Shown one piece after another: positions 8,981 to 17,292 of a stretch of DNA of 35,155 bases. How positions within the stretch are numbered: the stretch's first letter is position 1; every line of letters begins with the position of its first letter. Location of the stretch: NCBI GenBank assembly GCA_045659165.1, contig JAZOWH010000105.1, forward strand, positions 1 to 35,155. Direction: 5' to 3'. Source of the DNA: Candidatus Fimenecus sp. GTDB taxonomy: Bacteria; Bacillota; Clostridia; Oscillospirales; Acutalibacteraceae. The translations under genes were made by a program, and so were the position numbers. The notes beneath the pieces are model-generated. The model had not been told where the DNA came from. It saw only the letters and a program-made list of their open reading frames with translations, and searched no databases.

Positions 8981-10417
8981 TTATTTGTATGTATCATAAA
9001 ATTCAGATATTCTTTTCTTTCTCTCTATGAGTTCATTGAAACCTGAAATATATTCAAAAGGATATTTGAAATTGAAAATTCGTTCAATTTCGTCACCTTT
9101 AGGTGCTTTAAGCTTTGTGACAGCACCGCCACCACAAGAAAGAATTGTATGACATTCTTCCATCATAAAAATATTATAGATACATTCCGTATTATCCTTT
9201 GCCCAGCCAACATTTTCAAGTGCACCTGCTGACTTTGACTGACGATACATGTAATACGGATGATATTTTTCATACAACTTATCATAAGTGTATCGTAACA
9301 TCTGTGAAGCTGTATTTGCATTTTCCACAGCAAGTTTTGGATTATTTTGTCCAATTGTTGATGAACGCTTAACAGCAAGAGTATGAACTGTAATATTTTC
9401 GGGGTCAAGAGAAAATGCAGTATCAAGAGAATGACGGAAACCATCAACCGTATCAGTTGGGAGTCCTGCAATCAAATCCATATTGATATTATTGAAGCCC
9501 ATTTTCCTTGCCATATTGAATATATTAATTGTGTCTTCTGCACTATGTCGTCTGCCAACAGCTTGTAAAACAGAATCGTTAAAAGTCTGTGGATTGATAC
9601 TGATTCTATCGACAGGACTATTTTTAAGAACTGACAGTTTTTCTTCTGTTATAGTATCAGGACGACCTGCCTCAACGGTGAATTCACGACAAGAATTCAA
9701 ATCAAAGTTGTTTTTAATTGAATTTATTACAATTTCTAACTGTTCAGCAGAAAGAGTTGTTGGTGTACCACCACCGATATAAATACTTTCAAGGTTTACA
9801 CCAATTTTTCTTGCAATTTCACCTGTCAGTTTCAGTTCCTCTGCCAAAAGTTCAACATATTGTGGCAAAAGACTTTTTGCCTTGTCATTTTCAACTGAAT
9901 GAGAAACAAATGAACAGTAACTGCATCTTGAAGGACAGAAAGGAATTGAAACATAAAGGCTGAAAGAATCGGGTTTATTTGTACTTATGATTTTTTCTTC
10001 CCAATCTGCAACTTCTCTTGCAAGTTGGAATTTTTCAGGAGAAACAAGCAAATCATTTCTAAAATATTCTTCAGTTTTTTCTCTGCCCAGCTGTTTTTCA
10101 GTATTTATAAGGAGTTTTGATGGGCGAACACCAGTAAGAACTCCCCACTTGGGATAAAATCCCGTATATTCACCCATAAGTGCATACACCATTCTGCCCA
10201 TCTGCATTTCGTTATCGTCACAGAGTGGAGCAGTAATAGTTTTATTAAAACCTTCAAAATTTATTATGACTTTTATTTCATCTGTTACAGATGTGTATAG
10301 ATGAAAATCATCACATTCTTCATATACAACCTGAATTTTGACATCAGGTATAAAAATTCGAAGAAGTTTTTCCATTTCGTAATGGAACTTATGATTGATT
10401 ACAAGTAACTTTATCAT
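8981..10417 (-). CDS. hemZ: HemZ-type radical SAM protein (annotated family: coproporphyrinogen dehydrogenase HemZ)
   Basis: KWGVLTGVRPSKLL and the radical SAM CxxxCxxC motif (IPFCPSRCSYCSF) match the B. subtilis HemZ layout, including the long N-terminal extension. ATGA start/stop overlap with the upstream MBL gene. Confidence 0.7.
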   Translation of the reverse strand: MIKLLVINHKFHYEMEKLLRIFIPDVKIQVVYEECDDFHLYTSVTDEIKVIINFEGFNKTITAPLCDDNEMQMGRMVYALMGEYTGFYPKWGVLTGVRPSKLLINTEKQLGREKTEEYFRNDLLVSPEKFQLAREVADWEEKIISTNKPDSFSLYVSIPFCPSRCSYCSFVSHSVENDKAKSLLPQYVELLAEELKLTGEIARKIGVNLESIYIGGGTPTTLSAEQLEIVINSIKNNFDLNSCREFTVEAGRPDTITEEKLSVLKNSPVDRISINPQTFNDSVLQAVGRRHSAEDTINIFNMARKMGFNNINMDLIAGLPTDTVDGFRHSLDTAFSLDPENITVHTLAVKRSSTIGQNNPKLAVENANTASQMLRYTYDKLYEKYHPYYMYRQSKSAGALENVGWAKDNTECIYNIFMMEECHTILSCGGGAVTKLKAPKGDEIERIFNFKYPFEYISGFNELIERKKRISEFYDTYK

Positions 10418-11067
10418 TTTCTTCTAAATCGTGTTCTCATATAACGGTTGTTTTCACGTTCATAATCAAGAGTTGTGTCACCTTCGTGACCAGGATAAAC
10501 CTTATAGTCACCTTCTAATGCACCGATTTTTGCAAGTGAACGAAGTTCCTCACGACCGTTACCACCGTAAAGGTCAGCTCTGCCTGCACAAAGTCGGAAA
10601 AGTGTGTCGCCTGAGAACATAACTCTATCTTCTTTAAAAAGATAGCAAACACCACCCTTTGAATGACCAGGTGTATGCATAACTGTAATTACTGTATTAC
10701 CAAGCACAAGCTCTGTGCCATCTTCTGTAAGAATATCTGCATTAACCTCAGGGAATTCGTGACCCATACAGTTCATTTCAAATTCATTCTTACTTATATC
10801 GTGAAGCATTTCATCGTCTTCCTTATGGATAACAACCTTTGCCCCTGTATTCTCCTTAACCATTTTCGCACCACAGAAGTGGTCAAAATGCCCGTGAGTA
10901 AGAAGAATGTATTTTACATTCTTACCATTCAGTTTTTCAAGTAACTTTTCTTCAGGAAGTGATGGGTCAACAACAGCTGTGTCGCCAGTTTCTTTATCTG
11001 TTACGATATATGTGTTTGTTGTAAAACCATCATCCATTATTGCCAAATGCTTTTCTACTGTAATCAT
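10414..11067 (-). CDS. MBL-fold metallo-hydrolase (glyoxalase II-like)
   Basis: The HxHxDH motif appears as LLTHGHFDHFCGA. Downstream TPGHS and SGDTLF elements are present. Confidence 0.8.
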   Translation of the reverse strand: MITVEKHLAIMDDGFTTNTYIVTDKETGDTAVVDPSLPEEKLLEKLNGKNVKYILLTHGHFDHFCGAKMVKENTGAKVVIHKEDDEMLHDISKNEFEMNCMGHEFPEVNADILTEDGTELVLGNTVITVMHTPGHSKGGVCYLFKEDRVMFSGDTLFRLCAGRADLYGGNGREELRSLAKIGALEGDYKVYPGHEGDTTLDYERENNRYMRTRFRRK

Positions 11068-11090
11068 ATCTTTCTACTTCTTTCTCCAGT

Positions 11091-11549
11091 TTACTTTTTT
11101 CTCCAGATTTCTGAATCATAAAGGATTGTTACGGGACCATCATTGAGAAGCTCTACTTTCATATCCGCGCCAAAAACACCCTTTTGTACATTCTTTACGC
11201 CATTTTCAATGAGCTTGTCACAGAAATATTCATACAACTCATTTGCTCTGTCAGGATGAGCAGAACGGATAAATGATGGTCTGTTGCCCTTTTTCACATC
11301 AGCACAAAGTGTGAACTGTGAAACAGCAAGTATTTCACCTTGGACATTCTGTATATCAAGGTTCATTTTACCCTCTTCATCCTCAAAAACACGCAAAGTT
11401 GATGTTTTTCTTGCCAATACTTCTGCATCAGCTTCTGTATCATCATCCATAACTCCAAGGAGAATAAGATACCCTTTTCCAATATTGGATACAAGTTCAC
11501 CATCAACGGTTACACTTGCCTTTGATACTCTTTGAATTACTGCTTTCAT
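11091..11549 (-). CDS. dtd: D-aminoacyl-tRNA deacylase
   Basis: [15 protein letters not shown]....IGKG.LILLGV...D, SQFTL.AD..KG.RPSF and a NDGPVT C-terminus. Confidence 0.9.
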   Translation of the reverse strand: MKAVIQRVSKASVTVDGELVSNIGKGYLILLGVMDDDTEADAEVLARKTSTLRVFEDEEGKMNLDIQNVQGEILAVSQFTLCADVKKGNRPSFIRSAHPDRANELYEYFCDKLIENGVKNVQKGVFGADMKVELLNDGPVTILYDSEIWRKK

Positions 11550-11563
11550 AGTTTATATTTCCT

Positions 11564-12769
11564 TTAACGTTCTACACTTAATATACCATCAACTTTTTCA
11601 ATACGAGAAATGAGGTTCTTCAAGTGGTCAATACCACTGACATTAACGGTAAGCTCAATAATTGTTCTTCCGTCTTTCATATCGTGGGTACTGATGCTTG
11701 TAATATTAACACGCATATTTGCAACCTGCATTGCAACTTCTGCCATAAGACCAACTCGTGAAAGACAAGTGAGCTGAAGTGTTGCTTTGTATTCTTCCTT
11801 CACATTCTGATTCCAATGTGCATTTACCCAACGAGCAGGCTCGGCACAGTTGATAACATCCTTTGGCACATTTGTACAATCTCTCTTATGAATTGAAACA
11901 CCGTGACCACGAGTGATAAATCCGATAATGTTGTCACCTGGCAATGGATTACAGCATTGTGAGAATTTGATAAGACAGTTATCAATTCCCTCAACAGTAA
12001 CACCATCTTTGTTTTTCTTTGAATTATCCTTAACAGTAACAACCTTGATTTCCTGACGGCTCTTATCATAATTTTTCTGATATTCTTCTTTGATATATGG
12101 CATCATACGGTTGATGGAAAGTCCACCATAACCGATTGCCGCATAGAAATCATCAACATTTTCAAGACGCTGACGCTCAGCAAGTTTCTTGATAAACTTT
12201 TGATAATCCTCGTCAGAAAGACGGATATAATTTCGTCTGAACTCGCGTTCAATTTCAGCTTTACCTTCAATAATATTTTCTTCTCGTTTTTCCTTTTTAA
12301 ACCAAGAACGAATTTTGCTCTTTGCTTGGCTTGTCTTTACAATATTGAGCCAGTCACGACTTGGACCTTTACCCTGTTGAGAAGACGTAAGAATTTCGAC
12401 AATTTCACCTGTTTTGATTACATAATCAATAGGCACAATTCGTCCGTCAACCTTTGCACCTGTCATCTTGTTACCAACAGCAGAGTGAATAGCATATGCA
12501 AAGTCAATTACGGTTGAGCCAACAGGCACATTGATAACGTCACCCTTTGGAGTATAGACAAATACTTCATCAGTAATAAGGTCGGTTTTAATTGTGGAAA
12601 CAAGTTCTCTTGCGTCCCCTGTCTCCTGCTGTGTTTCAAGCATTTCACGAATCCACTGCAAACGTTGGTCGAAGCTCTGTTTTCCACCTGAAACACCAAG
12701 CTTGTATTTCCAATGGGCTGCGATACCGAACTCGGCAGTACGGTGCATTTCCCAAGTTCTGATTTGCAC
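11564..12769 (-). CDS. Alternative reading: Rel C-terminal fragment (end of synthetase domain, TGS, helical and ACT regions)
   Basis: The ORF could only start at an internal GTG (12769) or the ATG of EMH. No RBS was noticed, so independent translation is doubtful. Confidence 0.3.
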   Translation of the reverse strand: [401 protein letters not shown]

Positions 12770-12817
12770 TTCAAAAGGTGTTCCCTCTTTACCGATTACA
12801 GTTGTATGAAGTGACTG

Positions 12818-13768
12818 TTACATATTTGGTTTTGGTGTTGAAATATAGTCTTTGAATCTGCCTGGAAGCGGATTATACATATCATGAATAATACCAAGGC
12901 AGTTATAACAGTCGATTACACTATCAACAATAATACGGACAGCATAAATATCGTAAATTTCGTCAAACTGTTTACCTTGCATATACATTTTACGATAAAT
13001 ACCATGAACAGACTTGATTCGTCCACTGATTTGAGCCTTTGGTACAGTTTCGTGAACTCTGTCACCTATTTTCTGTTTTATACTTTCAAGGAAATCGATT
13101 CCTGAATCATTTGATTTCTTTAAACTATCCTCGATTCCTTCATAAGCCACAGGGTCAAGAAATCGGATTGCTTTATCTTCAAGTTCTTCCTTTACGGAAC
13201 GGATACCGAGACGATGAGAAATAGGAGCAAAAATCTCAAGTGTTTCAAGAGCTTTATCACGCTGTTTCTGTGCTGGCATAAACTGTAAGGTTCTCATATT
13301 ATGCACACGGTCAGCAAGTTTAACGATAATAACACGAATATCCTTTGACATAGCAAGAAGCATTTTACGGATATTTTCTGCCTGTTGCTCTTCTTTTGCT
13401 TCACTTGAATTAATCTGAACCTGACCAAGTTTTGTAACACCGTCAACAAGTACTGCTACTTCTTCACCAAAGTCTTCAACAAGTTGTTCGATTGTGTATG
13501 GAGTATCTTCCACAACGTCGTGAAGAAGTGCTGCAACCAAGGATTGCCAATCCATACCCAAATCAACAAGTATGTCACACACAGCAATTGGATGAATAAT
13601 ATATGGCTCACCGGACCTGCGTTTTTGGTCACCATGATACTGATTTGCAATTGAAAATGCCTTATCAATAACCTTTAATTCTTCTTCATTGTGAATTGCC
13701 TTTATTCTGTTTCGTAAGTTCTCAAAAAGTTCATTCACATCTACATTTACATTAACAACCTCTGCCAT
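12818..13768 (-). CDS. Alternative reading: Rel N-terminal fragment (HD hydrolase domain plus first part of the synthetase domain)
   Basis: 316-aa ORF ending at the TAA at 12818-12820. Contains RRSGEPYIIHPIAV, LLHDVVEDT and ADRVHNMRT hydrolase motifs. Confidence 0.5.
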   Translation of the reverse strand: MAEVVNVNVDVNELFENLRNRIKAIHNEEELKVIDKAFSIANQYHGDQKRRSGEPYIIHPIAVCDILVDLGMDWQSLVAALLHDVVEDTPYTIEQLVEDFGEEVAVLVDGVTKLGQVQINSSEAKEEQQAENIRKMLLAMSKDIRVIIVKLADRVHNMRTLQFMPAQKQRDKALETLEIFAPISHRLGIRSVKEELEDKAIRFLDPVAYEGIEDSLKKSNDSGIDFLESIKQKIGDRVHETVPKAQISGRIKSVHGIYRKMYMQGKQFDEIYDIYAVRIIVDSVIDCYNCLGIIHDMYNPLPGRFKDYISTPKPNM

Positions 13769-13770
13769 TA

Positions 13771-15810
13771 TTATTCACCGCCTTTCATTTTATTTAACTC
13801 GTTAAGTATTTCTGATTGTGATAAATCGGCTTTTTTACCGTCACCATCAAAGAAGATATGCTCATTTTCACAATATATAAGTTTCAATTCACTAAGCACA
13901 TCAAGGGAAACAAGCATTGTGCAATATCTCTCAACAGGACAATTTGCCCTGTATGTAAGTGTTTCCACATCATAAGTCCACTGTTTGTTATGTTTAAGGA
14001 AATTGAAAACGCCAAGAAGAAATTCCCTTGTTGGCATTAAAAATCTTGCCTCGTGAGAACTGAGAGTTTCACCACGTTTATATTTTTCATAAAGTGAACG
14101 GGACTTAAAGAAGGTTTCGTCATCTATACCTGAAAAACGAATTTCACGAATCTGAACTGCCGCTTTAACTTCCCCTCTAAATTCATTTTTTTCAATTCTT
14201 ACTGCAAGGTCAACTATATCATTCTCGCAGAATGGAAATTCGGCAGTTGTAGTTGAAAATTTCATTGCCACAAACTGTGTGTTACCCTTTGTGAATGTAA
14301 GTCGTAAATGCTTACCCTCACCAACAGGTTTAATCCCATCAAGTCTTACACCAAAAATACCAAAAACAGGTTGTGGGTTACCTGCACCAAAAGGTTCAAG
14401 CTTTTCAAGAGATTCCACCAATGCCGTATCGATATATGCAGGATTAAGTTTACAGTCAAGAAGTAATTCTGGAACTACATTAGGAAGTGTGTTTGCATAT
14501 TCATTTATGCGATTGAAAAACTCCCCAATATTTTCACGTTTTATTCCAAGACCTGCAGCAAGAGTATGACCACCGAAATGGGTAAGCAAATCTTCACAAG
14601 ATTTAATTGCATCATATACTGAAAATCCATTGATACTTCGTGCTGAACCCGTACCCTCATCACCGTCAAAGGTAATTACAATTGTGGGTTTACCATATTT
14701 TTCTGTAATTCTTGCAGCCACAATTCCAATAACTCCATGGTGCCAATTTTCACCGCAAACGACAATTACACGAGAGTATTTGAGTTTTTCGTTGCTTTCA
14801 ATATGATTGATTGCTGACTGCATAATTTCTGCTTCTAACTGATGACGCTCACGATTGCACAAATCAACCTGTTCACCAATTTGTAATGCTTTAATCAAAT
14901 CATCACTCAAAAGAAGCTTCAATGCTGTTGTTGCAGATTCAATTCTACCTGCCGCATTGATTCGAGGCGCTAATGAATATGTGACACCAACTGCATTAAG
15001 TTGTCTTTCACTGACACTTGCAATTTGACGAAGTGCATTTATACCGTTACAAGGATTTGAATTAATTTTCGCAACACCATATTTTACAATTGCTCTGTTT
15101 TCATCCTTTAAGTCAACAACGTCAGCAATAGTACCAACTGCAATAATATCTGCATATCTGTTTAAAATTTCTGAATAGTCACCTTTTTCCAAAGCACATA
15201 CAACTTTAAAGGCAACACCTACACCTGCCCAATCCTTGAAATGGAGATTACAATCCTCACGATGTGGGTCAATAACAGCAACTGCTTGAGGTAAAACTTC
15301 ACCAACCTGATGGTGGTCAGTAACAACAGTATCCATACCGAGGCTGTTACCATATGCAATTTCCTCAACAGCTGAAATACCGTTATCCACAGTAACGATG
15401 AGTTTGACACCTTTTTCATGAAGATATGTTACGGCATTTTTATTCATTCCGTAACCTTCGCTGATTCTGTCAGGAATATAATAGATTACATCAGCACCAC
15501 GAGAAGAAAGATATGAGTACATAAGTGCTGTTGCAGTAACACCATCTGCATCATAGTCACCAAAGACGCAGATTTTTTCTTTATTCTCAATAGCTTTTTC
15601 TATTCTTATAACTGCTTGTTCCATATCAGCAATAAGATATGGGTCACAGAAACTGAAATCACTATCAAAAAATTCCTCAACATCCTCATATTCTGTAATT
15701 CCACGGGATACTAATATAAGGGCAGTAAAAGGGTCAAGACTATGAGTTTCAGCTACTTGTGCAGCTAATTCTTTATCAATATGTGCAGTCAGCCATTTTT
15801 TTCTACTCAT
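13771..15810 (-). CDS. recJ: Single-stranded-DNA-specific exonuclease RecJ
   Basis: DHH motifs (VFGDYDADGVT, TVDNG, VTDHH) and DHHA1 (GGH..AAG). AAAGGGGGT RBS precedes the ATG at 15810; the 15834 track start contains that RBS within it. Confidence 0.9.
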   Translation of the reverse strand: MSRKKWLTAHIDKELAAQVAETHSLDPFTALILVSRGITEYEDVEEFFDSDFSFCDPYLIADMEQAVIRIEKAIENKEKICVFGDYDADGVTATALMYSYLSSRGADVIYYIPDRISEGYGMNKNAVTYLHEKGVKLIVTVDNGISAVEEIAYGNSLGMDTVVTDHHQVGEVLPQAVAVIDPHREDCNLHFKDWAGVGVAFKVVCALEKGDYSEILNRYADIIAVGTIADVVDLKDENRAIVKYGVAKINSNPCNGINALRQIASVSERQLNAVGVTYSLAPRINAAGRIESATTALKLLLSDDLIKALQIGEQVDLCNRERHQLEAEIMQSAINHIESNEKLKYSRVIVVCGENWHHGVIGIVAARITEKYGKPTIVITFDGDEGTGSARSINGFSVYDAIKSCEDLLTHFGGHTLAAGLGIKRENIGEFFNRINEYANTLPNVVPELLLDCKLNPAYIDTALVESLEKLEPFGAGNPQPVFGIFGVRLDGIKPVGEGKHLRLTFTKGNTQFVAMKFSTTTAEFPFCENDIVDLAVRIEKNEFRGEVKAAVQIREIRFSGIDDETFFKSRSLYEKYKRGETLSSHEARFLMPTREFLLGVFNFLKHNKQWTYDVETLTYRANCPVERYCTMLVSLDVLSELKLIYCENEHIFFDGDGKKADLSQSEILNELNKMKGGE

Positions 15811-15850
15811 CGGTCTTACCCCCTTTAAAAACATAATTTACTAATTTATC

Positions 15851-15879
15851 ATTATATCATTTACTCCTTGATTTTTCAA
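15851..15879 (-). promoter_or_regulatory. Sigma-A type promoter of the recJ-rel-dtd operon
   Basis: On the minus strand: TTGAAA (15879-15874), 17 nt, TATAAT (15856-15851), with TG two nt upstream of the -10. Confidence 0.5.
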
Positions 15880-15912
15880 GGTTTTTATGGTAAAAACAGG
15901 GCTATTTTACTG

Positions 15913-15941
15913 TTGAAAAACATCATATTATATGATAAAAT
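15913..15941 (+). promoter_or_regulatory. Sigma-A type promoter of the glmU'-pth-mfd array
   Basis: TTGAAA (15913-15918), 17 nt, TAAAAT (15936-15941), with TGn directly upstream. The spacer holds a 7-bp-arm palindrome atcatat-t-atatgat (15921-15935). Confidence 0.5.
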
Positions 15942-15970
15942 TATTTAGTGACGAAAACTGAGGTGTCGTT

Positions 15971-16651
15971 ATGACAGAAAAAGATATTCAGAACCTTAAA
16001 AACATAGAAATTCACGAAAAAAACGGCGTGGAAATTCCCTATCATCAAAGTGTTGTGATTGAAGAAAATGTTACAATCGGTAAGGGTACAGTAATTATGC
16101 CTAATACTATGATTTTTTCAGGTGTTGTCATCGGTGAAAATTGTGTTATTGGTCCTAACACCCTCATTAAGGAAAGCATTATCGGAAACGATGTCAAGCT
16201 CAACTCTGTTCAATGCTATCAGTCAAAAGTGTTGAATGGTGCTGATATCGGACCTTTTGTTCACATCAGACCTAATTCGGTTATTGGTGATAAAGTGCAT
16301 CTTGGTAATTTTGTGGAGGTTAAGAATTCTAACATTGACGAGGGCACAAAGGTTTCTCATCTCACCTATGTTGGTGACTCTGACGTTGGTAAAAGAGTCA
16401 ACTTCGGTTGTGGTACAGTTACGGTAAACTACGATGGTAAAAACAAACACAGAACAACTATCGGTAATGACTGCTTTATCGGGTGCAATACAAATCTTGT
16501 TGCCCCTGTAACACTTTGTAACGGTGCTTATACAGCAGCGGGTTCAACAATTACAGAAAATGTCCCTGCCGATTCACTTGGTATTGCAAGAGCAAGACAA
16601 GTGAACATTGAGGGTTGGAGAGAAATCAATAAAGAAAGATTTAAAAAGTAA
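15971..16651 (+). CDS. GlmU-like left-handed beta-helix acetyltransferase domain only (no uridyltransferase half)
   Basis: The 226-aa protein aligns by eye with the C-terminal half of GlmU: IGP..HIRP.S.IG..V..GNFVE.K.S, SHL.YVGD..VG..VN.GCG..TVNYDGKNK..T.IG...FIGCN.NLVAPV, GAY.AAGSTIT..VP...L.IARARQ. It has its own GAGGTG RBS and ATG. Only 136 nt of promoter DNA lie upstream. Confidence 0.8.
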   Translation: MTEKDIQNLKNIEIHEKNGVEIPYHQSVVIEENVTIGKGTVIMPNTMIFSGVVIGENCVIGPNTLIKESIIGNDVKLNSVQCYQSKVLNGADIGPFVHIRPNSVIGDKVHLGNFVEVKNSNIDEGTKVSHLTYVGDSDVGKRVNFGCGTVTVNYDGKNKHRTTIGNDCFIGCNTNLVAPVTLCNGAYTAAGSTITENVPADSLGIARARQVNIEGWREINKERFKK

Positions 16652-16661
16652 AGGATAAATT

Positions 16662-17276
16662 ATGTTCAACAAATTCAGAAAACAGACAAACACGGGTGCT
16701 ACCGGCACACATGAATTTCTCATAGTAGGGCTTGGAAATCCCGGTAATAAATATACACTAACAAGACATAATGCAGGATTTTTATGTCTTGATATGTTAG
16801 CCGACAAACTCGGTTTTAGAATTGACAGACTTAAATATAAATCTCTTATGGCTGACACTAACATCAATGGTCACCGTTGTATTGTTATGAAACCACAGAC
16901 ATTTATGAACAATAGCGGTGAGGCAGTAAGAGAATGTGCATCATTCTATAAAATTCCACCTGAAAAGGTTATTGTAATTTATGATGATATTTCTCTTGAT
17001 GTTGGTAAACTCCGTATCAGAAGAAAAGGTACTGACGGTGGTCACAACGGTATAAAGAGTATTATTTATCACTTGAATTCAGACCAATTTCCAAGAATCA
17101 AGGTTGGTTGTGGTAAAAAGCCACATCCTGACTACGACCTTGCTGACTGGGTGCTTTCAGAATTCAAGAAAGACGAGCAAAAAGCACTCCTGCCTGCACT
17201 TGAAAACGCTTGCAAAGCTCTTGAACTTTTGCTCGATAACAACATAGATAAGGCAATGAACTTATATAATAGTTGA
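16662..17276 (+). CDS. pth: Peptidyl-tRNA hydrolase
   Basis: LIVGLGNPG.KY..TRHN.GF, QTFMN.SGE.V and GHNG.KSI motifs. It carries an N-terminal extension of about 17 aa compared with typical Pth. Confidence 0.9.
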   Translation: MFNKFRKQTNTGATGTHEFLIVGLGNPGNKYTLTRHNAGFLCLDMLADKLGFRIDRLKYKSLMADTNINGHRCIVMKPQTFMNNSGEAVRECASFYKIPPEKVIVIYDDISLDVGKLRIRRKGTDGGHNGIKSIIYHLNSDQFPRIKVGCGKKPHPDYDLADWVLSEFKKDEQKALLPALENACKALELLLDNNIDKAMNLYNS

Positions 17277-17292
17277 GGCGGAGGCAAAAACT

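Larger units (their letters stand above)
11564..13768 (-). pseudogene. relA: Bifunctional (p)ppGpp synthetase/hydrolase Rel (RelA/SpoT homolog) interrupted by one in-frame TAA
   Basis: The two track ORFs (12818-13768 and 11564-12769) are in the same frame. Reading through the TAA at 12818-12820 gives [46 protein letters not shown], a continuous Rel synthetase core. The HD domain (HDVVEDT), TGS region and C-terminal ACT-like end are all present. Confidence 0.85.

Noticed and set aside
12818-12820. Programmed recoding or an alternative genetic code at the in-frame TAA in rel.
   Set aside because: Selenocysteine uses UGA and pyrrolysine uses UAG. Many genes in this window terminate normally at TAA, so TAA is a genuine stop here. 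Mutation or sequencing error is the simpler explanation.
15866-15881. Hairpin ccttga-tttt-tcaagg followed by Ts, which looks like a plus-strand terminator.
   Set aside because: There is no plus-strand gene upstream. The element coincides with the -35 (TTGAAA) of the minus-strand recJ promoter.
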